Below, in pieces: positions 1 to 11,437 of a stretch of 42,231 bases of DNA (its first letter is position 1; each line of letters starts with the position of its first letter). The notes beneath the pieces are model-generated. The model saw nothing but the letters and a program-made list of their open reading frames with translations, did no database searches and was not told the DNA's origin. A program made the translations under genes and the position numbers. Origin of the DNA: Callorhinchus milii (taxonomy: Eukaryota); contig NW_024705468.1 in assembly GCF_018977255.1 (NCBI RefSeq), positions 1 through 42,231 on the forward strand. The letters are read 5' to 3'.

Positions 1-1227
1 CCATCTCCTGAGCCACCCCCCTGTGCTATCAGCCCAGCCAAAAGAGATCACGCCTTCTTGCACTCATCACTACTAACTGTGTAGAGTCTGGTGCTCACCC
101 ACTCTCCGCCAGTCTCGTTGCCCCTCGAAGTGGACTCCAAACATGTGCCCCATAACTGTGCTCCCACCACTGTGCTCGCCCCCGTCTCCTCACCCCTCCT
201 ATTCTCATCCACCATGTCGTCACCTCACTGTGATGCCCACACCTGTTCTCAACACCAAGTACTTAGTCTCTCGCCCTCCTCCTGTGCTTAACCCTCCATC
301 TGTTCTCAACGCTTCCTCACCCATTCTTTGCTCACTGACCCATATGCAAAACCACCTTCGCTCAATCATCTGTTCTCATCCCTGTTTGCTCAAACTTCCT
401 CTGTGCTAAAACATTGTGCGCACTGCCTAACCCCAATGCTCACAATCGAAGCTCAACCCTAGTTTTCACCACTCCACCTGTGCTCAACAATCCCTTGTGT
501 TCACCATCCTGTGCTCTTTCTACATCACTCACTGCTTTGCACATCTCCACTGCTTTCGCACTCAGATTACCCTCCTGTTCTCACCAGCCTGTGCACCCCT
601 CAATTAAGACGACTTTCACTGGTCTAACCACCCTCCCACAGTTGTTCCCCTCTGTACTCATCCCCCTGTATTCAGCCCTCTTTTCTCTTCCTCGACTGTG
701 CTCATCTCCTTGTCTTTAAACCCCAATTCTCAGCCCCACTGTCAACCCCCTTTTCTCACCCGTCCCTGTTATCAGCCCTTATTCTTACTGCTTGTGCTGA
801 CACATCCTGTGCTCCCCCATTAATCTTCACCCCTCCCTGTGCTCCCTACTTTGCTCATCTCCAACCTGTGCTCACCCCCTTTGCTAACCCTTTCTTTGAT
901 CATCTCCCTGTGCTCAACACCCACGCTTTGCTACCTCCTGTGAGCAGCACAGGCGCTATTCTCACTCCCACCGTGTGATCATCCCACGTGCTCGCTGCTC
1001 CGAGTGATCAGACACTCTTCACATCGCGTGATCACATTCCGACTGGTCTCAACACACTTTTCTCTCACCCCTATGCTCAACATTCTTTGCTCAACCAGCT
1101 GTACTCACCCCAACATTGCTCACAACCCTTTGCCCTCATTACGCTCGCCCACTAGTGCTCACCGCGCATGGATCTCCCCCCTGTGCTTACCCCTTCCTCT
1201 TTTCACTGAACCCTGTAATCACACTTC

Positions 1228-1546
1228 TAATAATAATAATCCTTGCATTTGATATAGCGCTTTTCACGTCGGGAGGACGTCCCAAAGCGCTTCACAGAAT
1301 ATACTGTAAAGTGAAGTAACTGTATATTTGTGGGCGAACGCGGCAGCCAATTGCGCTCAGCAATGTCCCACAAACAGTCGTAGATTGAAAATGACCAATT
1401 TATTATTGTTTTTGGTTTTGGAGGGATTATTATTAGGCTCTGTGTGGAGTAAGGAAACTTGCCCAAGGTTTCGCCCTCTGCCTGGAATTGAACTCAGGTC
1501 TCTCACTTGCAAAGCGAGTGCTCTAACCATTGAGCTACAGGACTCC
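1228..1546 (-). mobile_element. Full-length tRNA-derived SINE with Deu-like core and L2-type tail
   Basis: Minus strand reads GGAGTCCTGTAGCTCAATGGTTAGAGCAC (A box) ... GAGTTCAATTCC (B box), TGTTTGTGGGACATTGCTG core, AAGCGCTTTGGGACGTCC tail and (TTA)n end; near-identical to 34989-35313 and 39836-40148. Confidence 0.93.
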
Positions 1547-3478
1547 ACGAGCTACAGGACTCCACAGGACTCTGTGATTAACCCGCATTGGGCTCATCCC
1601 GCTTTGCTGAACAACCGACTTTGCTCCCTGCTCTGTGCACTCCTCCCCGTGTATACCGCAGCTGTGCTTACCCCCAATGCTCACCACTCTGTGCTCTCAC
1701 CCCTCTGCTGAACCTACATTGTTACCTACCCCGTGCTCAAACCATGGGCTCACCCCCATGTTCACATCCCCGCCTGTGCTCCGAACCGTGATCTTACGCG
1801 ACTGTGTTCATTCCATTCTCCTCTACCACCTTTCATGTGCTCCCATGCCTGAGCTCACGCTCCTGCGATTCCCCCCACCCCACCTCCCCGTGTTTGCCCT
1901 CCATTTGCTTAACGCACTGGGTTCACAAACCTGTATTCACATACTTGTTATCACCCACCGGTGCTGACATCCTGTTCTCAAGTTCCCTGCACTCACACAC
2001 CACTGTGCCCCCTCCCTGGGATCAGACCCTGTGCTCATCCTCTTACTCACACCCCTCTGTGCACCCCACAACTATGCACTCAACCTGTCATCCACTTCCT
2101 GTGTTCAATCACCTTTTGTCACCCACGTCCCACCTCTTTGCTCACCCAATATGTGCCCTGTGATCGTATTTCTGCTTAACTGCGGTTTTTGTTTAACCGC
2201 TTGTGCGAAGCCTATTGTGAACCCCTGAACTCAACTGTTTTGCTGAATCCCATTCTCTCGATCCCGTGTGCACCCCACTTTGTTCTCTCCTGTGCTCACA
2301 CACCCTTGTGTTCACTCCCATTGCTCTCCCCTTTGTCTTCTACCGCCCATGTGCTCACTCCCATTGCTCATCCTCTTTTCTTAATCCGCTAGTTCTCACC
2401 TGCCTCTCCTCCCAAAATTTGGTCTCGCAAGCTCACTTCCCTCTGCTCATCCCGTGTGCAAGCACCGATGCCCTTAACTCTCTATGCTCAGTGCTTACCC
2501 CTGCACTCAACGCACTGTGCTCACCTACCTATCCACAGACTCTGTGCTCACCCCACACCCCTCCACCATTTGCTCAATCACCATGTGCTTCCTCCTGAAC
2601 CAAGATGGCTCTCATTTGTTCATCCATTGTGTTCACACCCCTTTGATCACCCCCAACATTTGCTTATCCCCTTGTGCACAATTTCTGTTCTTGTCCCACA
2701 GTCTTATCTCCCCACTTTGCTTACCCCGTGTTCATACAACTCTGAGACACCCATACTTTGTTCAGAGCCTTTGTTTAACACTGTGCTCAACTCTCTCCCC
2801 TCCGCCCCACCCGCTCCACTGTTTTTAGTGCCCAAAGCTCAAGAGCCTTTACTCACCCCATCCTGTGCTCAGATAGCTGTGCTCACACCGGCCCCGTTCG
2901 TACCACCGTTCACACCCCGCACTGTGCCCATCCCCTGTGCTTAACGTCTGCGCTCACCTCACTAGCTGTTCTTTCTCCTCTTGTGCTCTTCGACCTGCGC
3001 TCAATTCTCTGTGTTCCAACTCTGGTCTCCACCTCTGTGCGAAATCCCCTGCTGAGGCCGCTGTGCCCTCGCACAAGGCGCTATAACTGCGCAACACTGG
3101 GCTCACCCCACGTTGTTTTTAAACTCCGTTCCTCCCTACCACTGAGTTTTAACCCCGGTGCTCAATCAATCCATTTTTTCACCGTAATGCTCTCTCACCG
3201 CCTTCTGCTACCCTGAAGCTCAACTCCGTTCTCCCACGCGTGATCCCCTCCGTACTCCCCCATTCATGTTCACCCCACTGCGCTTACCCACACCTTGCTG
3301 TGCTCACTATGCTCACCACAATGTGCTCACCACCATTTGCTCATATCTATCACTTTCAGACAAATAAAATCAGACACCCTATGCACAATTTCCTGTGCTC
3401 ACACCCCTGTACTAACAGTCGCTTCCCCCCACGCACTGCCCTTGCACAACTCACCACGGTAATCACCACTTTGCGCTA

Positions 3479-4508
3479 AAAACAACAAAAAACACAAGAT
3501 ACCATATATAGTGCGCTTTCACGTCGGGAGGACGTCCCAAGGCGCTGTTTAGTTGGATTAGGACCGAGCAAGGGGGAAATGGTCAGGGTGAGGGATGGGA
3601 GGGAGCGAGGACGCGGTAGAGAGTCGAGCTGATGGCAAGGTCAAAGAGAAAGGTCTTGAGACCGGCCTTGAAGAAGGAAAGGAGGAGGCAAGGCGAAGAC
3701 ACTGGGGGATACAGTTCCAGAGCCTAGGGGCTGAGTGGCTGACGAACCGGCCACGGATGGTAGGGCGGTTGGGGAGGGGGATTGTGAAGCAGACAGGAGT
3801 CAGAGGATCGGAGGGTACGGTCGGGTAGGTAGGGTGATAGCAGGTCGGAGATGTAGGAGGGAGCGAGGACGTGAATGGCCTTTTAGGTGACGACGAGGAT
3901 CTTGAAATCGATCATCTGGGGGATAGGGAGCAGTAGAGGCGAGCGAGGGTGGGAGTGATGTGGTCCCGAAGCCTGGTACGAGACAGTACACGATCTGCAG
4001 ATTTCTAAATGACCTGCAGCTTGTGGAGGGAGGTGCCGGGAAGGACGGCGAGGAGAGCATGCCCATAGTCCCGCCTTCAGGTGATAAAGGCGTGGACCAG
4101 AGTTTTAGCAGCGTGTGGGGTGAGGTAGTGCCGTAGTCTGACGATATTCCGGAGGTGATGGAAGGCCGTGCCAGTTGTGGCGCGGATATGAGGGAGAAAG
4201 GACCGCTCAGGGTCGAACAGAACGCCGAGGTTCCTGATGGCTTTGAGAGGTGGAGAGTGCAGCCGTGGATGCTGATGCTGTCAGCGCCTGAGGTGCGGAG
4301 GCGCTGACGTGAGCCAATCAGGAATGCCTCAGTTTTACGCACGTTGAGCTGAAGAAAGTTGTCTCTAGTCCAGGACTCGATGTCGGACAGGCTGTCAGGA
4401 CATCGGGTGTCGTGAAGTTGAGGGTAAGAGGAAAGGTAGAGTTGGATGTCATCAGCCTACATGTGGAATTTAACCCCATGTCTGCGGATGATGTCACCAA
4501 GGGAGAGC
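3479..4508 (-). mobile_element. 5'-truncated, frameshifted L2-clade LINE (RT C-terminus and 3' UTR)
   Basis: Minus-strand peptide [26 protein letters not shown] matches the 15084 ORF; tail GCGCCTTGGGACGTCCTCCCGACGTGAAAG. Confidence 0.93.
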
Positions 4509-6551
4509 AATCCACTGTGCTCAACCCCTCATAACTCTGTGCTCAGACTAACCCCTGTGTTCACGGCGCTGTGCTCAACCCTCTCTGCTCCAATCCTGGA
4601 TTAGATCTTGCGCATCAACTGACTGTCCTCACCACTTTTACGCTTACCCATTATTCTAAACCATCTGAGCTCCAAACCTGGGCTTCCCCAATGTGCACCC
4701 CCCGGGGCAGCTATGCCTCACCTCCTGTGCCCTTGAGCACCGTTTGCTCACCCCTTTGCTCTCGCCTGTGCTCAAACCTGTATTCACGTTGCGAAGCTCA
4801 ACACCCCGTGCTAACAACCCTGTACTCCCCACCCAACCGCCTGTGCTCAGGCCCTATGCTCACGCCGGTGTGATCACATCCCACTTTCCCTAATTCCGTG
4901 TGTTAACAGCCCCCATGTAAACCCCGTTGCTTCCTCACGTGTCCACACCTGTGCCCAACCACTCTCCCCCCACCACCCACCCACTTGTTCCTGACTCTTA
5001 GCGCCACCCCCTTAGTAATCAATCCCCGATCTCACCCCCTCGTGCTCATCCCACATGTGCTTCACCTAAACTCATCACCAATTTTGCCCCTGTGCCACTT
5101 TTGCTTAGCTTCCGGTGCTCAAGCCCTGTGTTTCCGCCTGATGTGCTCACCGCCGTGTACTGATCAAAGGTCAGTCTCTCCCCCTATTCTCACCCCCTGT
5201 GCTCAGCCACCTATGTTCAGCACAGCCCCGTCCCCCAACCCTGTGCTCAATTCCCTGTATTCAGAGCTCCATGCTGACTCCCCAATAATCAATCTCTATG
5301 CTCACCACACTGTGCTCACCACAAACCTGCGCTCATCAACATGTACACACACTACCCATTGCGCTTCCCCCTGTTGTCTTCTACCTGTGCTCATCCCCGC
5401 TGTGGTCAAAGCCCTCTGCTCGCATCCTGTGCTCACTCCACTCCGTACTCACGCCCCTACTTTCAGCCGCCTTGTGCTCACCTCATATGTGCACAGCCAT
5501 CTGTGCTCGCCCCAATTGTCGCCGCCCACTGTGCAAGCTGTGCTCACCCGAAGATTACTCACTTCCACTGTACGCAAGCTTACCTTACATCCCTGCTTAC
5601 CTGCCTGATGCTACGCCCGGTTCTTACCCACACCTTGTGCTCCACCACAATGCTCCTCAACAAGTGTGCTCAGCCATTTTGCTCAAACCACTCTGCGAAT
5701 GTTTCTGTGCCAAACCCCCTGTCATAAATCCCCCGTGAACACTCTCTTTGTGCTCAAACTTCTGTGGTCGTGACAGATAAACCCCCTCCCCCATCTGCTG
5801 ATATCCCTGCGCTCACCCATATGCTCCACACCTTGTGATAACCCCTGTGCTTCTCCACTGCGCCCCCATGTGCTCACCCCCTGTGCTGGTCTGACTGCGC
5901 TCACATCTCCTGTACTCACACCCTGGTTTCATTCCTCTTTGTGCTTACCCTCGGTTTTCAACACATTTCTTTTAACCACCCACTGTGCTCGCAATCTGTT
6001 CAATGGTCTCCACCTCTGTCGTCGTCCCAAGATTTACATTGCAATTTGCGGGCACCTCAGTGTGCGCCCCCGAGCTCAAACCCTCCCTCTGCTAAGCCCC
6101 ACTGGCTCACTCTGCTCTGCAGCGTTTGCTCACAATACTGTGTTAGCAACACTTTTTCTCAAACACCCTCCCTGTGCAAACCCACTGTTCTCATCCCTCC
6201 AGCTGATCTCAATTATCATCCATTGCGCTCACCCCCTGTGCTCATACACCTACTCTGACAACCCGGCGCTCAAACACCCCTTTGCTCAAAATTCCCCTCC
6301 ACTGCTTCAATCCCTCTGCTCAGCTCCACTCTGCTTGCTCCTATCCTTTTGCTCAACCCCTGTGTTCACCCATCGCAGATCAGTAATCCGGGCGTGAGAA
6401 CTACGCTGCCCTAAACCACACCACCGAACCTCCCCCGGGTTGGATAATAATAAACTATCATCTTGTATGATACAATCCTTATCAGTGTTTCTCAAACTGT
6501 GGTATACCGGAACATCAGAGCTGTAAAATACTCAGAGAATGAATTGTTTAC

Positions 6552-6860
6552 CTGAACAGATGACGCCGGCATCATAGGAGTGTGACCAGGAATAGCGACC
6601 TCAGGGCTGTGAATGACACTCCCTCAGAGCAGACTCACTCCCTCTGCACTGAACCTTAATCGTCACAACGGGACCTGAGCCCCTCTCAAAGTGAGCGCCT
6701 CCTGGTGATGACAGTGCAGCTCAACAGACCAACTCCTTACACACCACAGCCGCAGCCGCCATGTCCCAGATATAGCCACTCACAGTGCCCCATTGTCCTC
6801 TATGATAAACCTCCACTCTCTCGGCACACGGGCTGCCACCATTCACTAGCCTCACACCCT
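6552..6860 (-). pseudogene. SRCR domain exon (309 nt, phase 1-1) with two in-frame stops
   Basis: [101 protein letters not shown]; tttttcag acceptor, gtaaac donor; stops at 6721-6723 and 6601-6603. Confidence 0.93.
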
Positions 6861-7509
6861 CTGAAAAACATCACACACGATATTAAGAGTCTGTTACATG
6901 TTTGACTTCCAGTCAATCAGGATAATATAGCATAATGTACACGTATAGAGCAGGTGACACATTGTACGGATGTTTGGTGTTAAACAATACACAACAATGG
7001 TAACCATTATAACGGTTGCAGTGATTGCTGGCTACATGCAGTCCATAACCCTGCTCGCAAAATAAGAGTAACGGTTTACTCCATTCCTAGCTGTACCTGT
7101 AGCAACTACGTTTGCAAACAAAGGATAGTGTTATTGTGCATTATATTATAATACTCTATTTCATTATACTTTATATTAAATTATTATACTGTTATACTAG
7201 AATATTATAATTTTGTTTAAATTTATTTATTTTATATTCAGTTATTACAATTTATGTTAGTTTATTATAATTTAGATTTAGATTCATGGTCAGGGCAAAA
7301 TTTTAGGGAAGGTTCCTCACTCCACNTTTTTGTGATTGCCGAGCAAGCAGTAGGAACCCAGCAGTCAGTTGACGGATTTCTTTTCAGGGTATAATAATCC
7401 CTTCAAATAATAGTGATTTAGCCACTCAAGCAATGAATGTTTGTGTGACACCACTGTGTGCGATTCGCTGCCGCATTTCGCCCACAGATTTAATAATAAT
7501 TAAACATAC

Positions 7510-8130
7510 TCTGCTCGATCCCCTGTGCTCAACCCCTATGCTACCCTCCCCGTGTTCATCCCCTTTTCTAACTCACACTGTACTCAACCACCCCCATGTG
7601 GTCACACTCCCATGTGCTCACCTTTTTTGTGAGTAAATCTCACCCCTTGTGCTCAGCATCCCTTTGCTCAACCGCTTACTGTTCTCAAACTCCCTGTGCT
7701 CACACTCACTCTGCTCACCACGCATCCCGTGCTCAGCGGCGTCCCTCTGCTCATCCTCACTGTGCTCATCGCTCCGCTGTGCTCACACCCACTGACCTAT
7801 CCCAATTATACTCAACCCACTTGTTCCCGCCAGATGCTCTCCTCCATCCCCACCGTGTGCTCAGGGCTCCCTATGATCACTCGAAATGTGCTCAACCCCA
7901 TTGATAAAATTCCATCTGCTCAGCGCCTGTGCTCAACCACCCTGAAGTGACAATCTCCCTTTTCGCAGCCCCTGTGCTCAGCCCCATGAACTCAAATGTT
8001 GTGTTCACCCCTGTACTCATCGATGCTTTGCTCATACCCTTATACTAACCAGGTTGTGCTCATCCCATATGCTGAGCCGCCTGTGCTCACCACTGCATCC
8101 CCCTCCTGCTCATCCCACCACACACCCCTC
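7510..8130. repeat. Second block of the TGTGCTCACCCC array
   Basis: Same unit and skew as 20-6370; lies downstream (in gene sense) of the truncated SRCR exon. Confidence 0.9.
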
Positions 8131-8332
8131 TCCTAGAACGAGCTGACTATCAATGAAAATCTTAGATAACAGTGTCCACAATATTGATCCAAGACCATCA
8201 ATTGAAACCCAACGCCACTATCCCCACCCACCCCAGATTTAATAATAATAAAGTGACGTATTGTTGATACAATCTTTATCAGAATCTCTCAAATTACGGT
8301 TAAGCGAAAACATGAGCAACGAAAAATGATCA

Positions 8333-8446
8333 AGCCAGAGCCACCAGAGCCAGAGCCATCCAGTGTACCCCAATGCCTATCGTGGTAAACCTCCATTCTC
8401 CCGACACATGAGCTGCCTCCATTCACTAGCATCACTGTCACACTCT
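8333..8446 (-). pseudogene. Truncated SRCR exon (5' third only)
   Basis: ttacag acceptor then ESVTVMLVNGGSSCVGRMEVYHDRHWGTLDGSGSGGSG; joins directly to sequence (8200-8330) resembling the post-exon intron at 6420-6530. Confidence 0.85.
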
Positions 8447-9099
8447 CTGTAAATTATCGGATAAAATCGGCATAATGGAACACAATGTACATCTCCTTTC
8501 TATGGAAAACAATCACTTGAAAAACTATGAACGTTTGATCACATTTTTTGCACAATATCATGTATACTTCCTATTTTGGGCTTAGTTAGTTTTTTAAAAA
8601 ATATATATAGCTCATCAACGATAGGAGAATCCGGAAAGTATTTCCATGATATAAGCGAAAGGGAACATTTTTGTTGAAGTATAAATCATGTCTGTACGTC
8701 ATTCGGTTATTGCATTGTTAGCAGACACACAGACACAAGCACAGCGATTGTCGTTCTATTAATATATTAATTGCTCAGGCTTGCGGCTGTACTAGTTGCA
8801 CAGTTTACACACAAACAAACAGAGTTGGTGTATAACTCTCTCTGTTCTGAGCGCCACACTCAACACGATCCCAGGCACAGCGTCCAACAAACACCAGGTT
8901 ATATTCCCACTCCCCAGTGTACAGCCCACCTCCCAGGTTATATCCCTTTCCTCAGTGTATAGCTCCACCCTTGGACACAAATATCGGGTCATCGATGCGG
9001 CCTCACTCTCCAAACCCCAAGCGTCCCCCTGAGCATTTCCAACATCCCATTACGTCACAGCTTATGAAAGAACTCCTCTAAACGCAGAAGAACAGCAGG

Positions 9100-9290
9100 C
9101 ACAAACAAAATATCCATTTACACAGCGCCACTCACACAGGATTTCATCCCTGATCGCTTGACATTAGCAGAGCACGACATCGAATCAGGGGGATCTGGTA
9201 GTAGCTTGAGGCATGGTCGATTAGGAAGGTTTTCAGGTGCCAACTGGATATGGACAAAGAAGGGGAAAAGTGTCGGGATAGAGGAGGAGT
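9100..9290 (-). mobile_element. Old L2-like 3' remnant in intron 2 of copy A
   Basis: Minus strand CACCTGAAAACCTTCCT...CCCCCTGATTCGATGTCGTGCTC...GGCGCTGTGTAAAT; homologous to 37100-37240. Confidence 0.55.
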
Positions 9291-9337
9291 GCTAATGTTC
9301 CCACAGCAATTTATGGTTGTTAGATTGTGTCAATTAC

Positions 9338-9373
9338 CTGCAGATTCCACAGTTTTTCTATCCAGAAATATCA
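9338..9373 (-). pseudogene. Signal-peptide exon 2 of SRCR copy A (36 nt)
   Basis: Polypyrimidine/gtacag acceptor and gtaatt donor; (V)IFLDRKTVESA; paralogous to 36592-36627. Confidence 0.85.
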
Positions 9374-9731
9374 CTGTACAAGGGAAAGAAAAGGCAAAGC
9401 AGGAATTACTTACACAATTATTCAGCCAAACAGGGAGCTGTTCTGCCCGTCTCTCACACAATCGTTCCTTAACTACAGGCAATCAAGTTCGACACCAAAA
9501 ACGGTCATCAGTGGAGGAGATGACACGGGCTGTATAGTTCTCGGTGATATGCAGCCGATAGAGGGAGTAGTTGGAAGGCCGAGAAGCATTACGTTTGCAT
9601 GTGCAGTTCGGGATTTTTTGAAACCATATATGAGGTTTTCTGGCAGCATGCGGTGATGACCTAGCATGAATGAGTTGTAGAAAGGACAGCAGAAGGTCAA
9701 GAAAGACGCCTGGGTTAGAATATGGACTTAC

Positions 9732-9756
9732 CGAAGATCAGAAGCAATGGCACCAT
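9732..9756 (-). pseudogene. Coding part of exon 1 of SRCR copy A
   Basis: ATG GTG CCA TTG CTT CTG ATC TTC G|gtaagt; paralogous to 34388-34412. Confidence 0.85.
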
Positions 9757-10029
9757 GACGACGATGAGGAGGAGCTCGTGTGAATAGCAGCGCCTGGATT
9801 CTTGTGTTTATGTCAGAAATGGAGGGGTCTCTGCAGACTTAGAATGAAGAACACGGAGTAAATTTTCAGGAACAGCTTTTTTCCAGGATCACTGATCGCT
9901 GTGATATCCAAAACAAACACTTCCCTGTGACACAGACTCAAAGAGCTGGTGTAAAACACGCACACTGAGAAACAGTCACACAACTGTTACACATGCACAC
10001 AGACAACCTGAGCTTTCACACATAGACAC

Positions 10030-10147
10030 AAACACACACACACACACACACACGCAGAGTAGAGCAGGAACTGAGACTCAATGATGGATATTGAGCGATA
10101 TTCTGAGCTGGGGAGCAGAGATTCGAACTTTCAATCTCTCTCAATCA

Positions 10148-10190
<43 letters not shown>
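10030..10190. repeat. (CA)n and (CT)n microsatellites upstream of SRCR copy A
   Basis: CA run ~10032-10052 and CT run ~10135-10189. Confidence 0.9.
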
Positions 10191-10192
<2 letters not shown>

Positions 10193-10479
10193 GAGACCAG
10201 GCGGAACGAGCACGGCTTGGAGTGTCCTTTTATAGAAATTGTTGCAGCATTTGCCTCACCCTCACACACAATCAGCCAGTGTGAAGCTGATTCCCAGAAA
10301 CTGCAGTAAGTTATTTTAATGTGGTGAGTAAGCTTGATAGAGAGCTGACATCTTAGTTAGACAAAGAGCGCGGAATGTGCAATTTATGTGTCTTTTTGTC
10401 GGTCAACAAATATATCGTCACCACACGTTACACACATTTAAGTAAAATAGGAAACACAGACCAGGAATAAAAGTTGACG

Positions 10480-10910
10480 ATCTACAGCATTGTAGAGATG
10501 ACAGTGTAGATTTACAAGGAAATTACCAGGATAACTGGATACAGTTATCACGAAAGATTGGAAATTTTCTCCCAAGCTTGAGAGGTCGATACAATTGTGG
10601 AATCGATTTTTTAAGCTGGAAGATAATCACCTGGGAATTCAAATTCGGGTCACTAATACAGAGAGCTGCACCTTGCTGCAGTGTAGACAGTGGAATCCTT
10701 CAAGGAGTCTTGATGTGGGTAATGCTGTATCAAAGATTAGGAAGACAATGATATTGATTTGTTAGGATGATTGGGGTGTTATCTTTTCTCAAAGAGTGTG
10801 AGGGACTGTGGAATTTGTTGCCACAGTCGGAGGTTGACGGAAACATGTCAGTGTTTTTAAAGGGGAACTTGGCGGACTGACATATTCATCTGGATCATTC
10901 TATGCCATGT
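10480..10910 (+). mobile_element. Highly degraded CR1-like LINE 3' fragments
   Basis: TTCTCAAAGAGTGTGAGGGACTGTGGAATTTGTTGCCACAG...TTTAAAGGGGAACTTGG resembles the CR1 ORF2 end (FSQRV..LWN.LP...FK.EL); inverted homologues lie at 32200-33580. Confidence 0.6.
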
Positions 10911-11314
10911 GATTTATTCGTGGAACAAATATAGAGAAAGTTCAGCTATGTCTTTCACGTTTATGTACAGATTCCAATGAAGAAAGTCTACCACTGAGAA
11001 GTAGATAAACAGGAGAGCAGATAAATGCTCTTGAGAAACAGTAACTTTATGAATTAATGAAATGTGACATTAGTCATTTTTTCTCCAGAAGAATCTTTGA
11101 GCTAATGATAGGCATTCCAATGTCAATGTGTACAATAGTTCTCAATAGGCATACTTGACCTGTATCTCTCCTCACTGGGATTGTTCGGATTAATTATCAG
11201 CCGCTCTCAAGGCTTATGATATCGCACATGTTATCATTGTTGAATTAAATTTGTATTTGCAAAATCGTGATGAACAAAGCAACATGTGTGCACCTTTATG
11301 CTATATCTCTCCAG

Positions 11315-11437
11315 GACTTTGCGTTGCTTTGAATAACACGAAGTTAACTTGAAAGTTCCCCATCCCGAAAGTCTTGTCGCATTTTGTGAACATTAAAATC
11401 TGGGGCAGACGGTCGTCTCCAATATGAAGTACCTCGG
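11315..11437 (+). pseudogene. Candidate disabled 123-nt exon of an unidentified gene (left copy)
   Basis: ctctccag acceptor, G|gtgacc donor; GLCVALNNTKLT*KFPIPKVLSHFVNIKIWGRRSSPI*STS; aligns without gaps to 31791-31669. Confidence 0.5.

Larger units (their letters stand above)
20..6370. repeat. Degenerate ~12-13 bp satellite-like array (CCCCTGTGCTCA on +; GGGGTGAGCACA on the SRCR sense strand), interrupted by a SINE and an L2
   Basis: TGTGCTCACCCC-like units recur throughout; strong C-rich/G-poor skew on +; overlapping ORFs are low-complexity (CSP/VLT/AHP) artefacts. Confidence 0.93.
6552..9756 (-). pseudogene. SRCR-domain (DMBT1/CD163/WC1-like) gene copy A, 5' part, disabled
   Basis: Exon 1 9756-9732 (MVPLLLIF), exon 2 9373-9338 (VIFLDRKTVESA), truncated SRCR exon 8446-~8333 and SRCR exon 6860-6552 with two TGA stops; junctions are phase 1 and canonical except the lost donor of the truncated exon. 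Confidence 0.88.

Noticed and set aside
1228..1546. SINEs at 1228 and 39836 as duplicated counterparts
   Set aside because: Both are on the minus strand whereas the arms are inverted, and they are far more similar than the arms, so they are independent young insertions
20..6370. CRISPR-like or RSS-like (CACTGTG) array
   Set aside because: Eukaryotic context with no fixed repeat-spacer period; CACTGTG heptamers arise from the unit and I saw no nonamers at 12/23 spacing
91..6397. Many overlapping Pro/Cys/His-rich ORFs (also 40137-42216)
   Set aside because: Translations of the satellite in several frames; no domain, splice or codon signal
6601..6723. Selenocysteine readthrough of the two TGA codons in the SRCR exon
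   Set aside because: They align to Gly (GGA) and Trp (TGG) in the paralogue, so they are single-base nonsense changes
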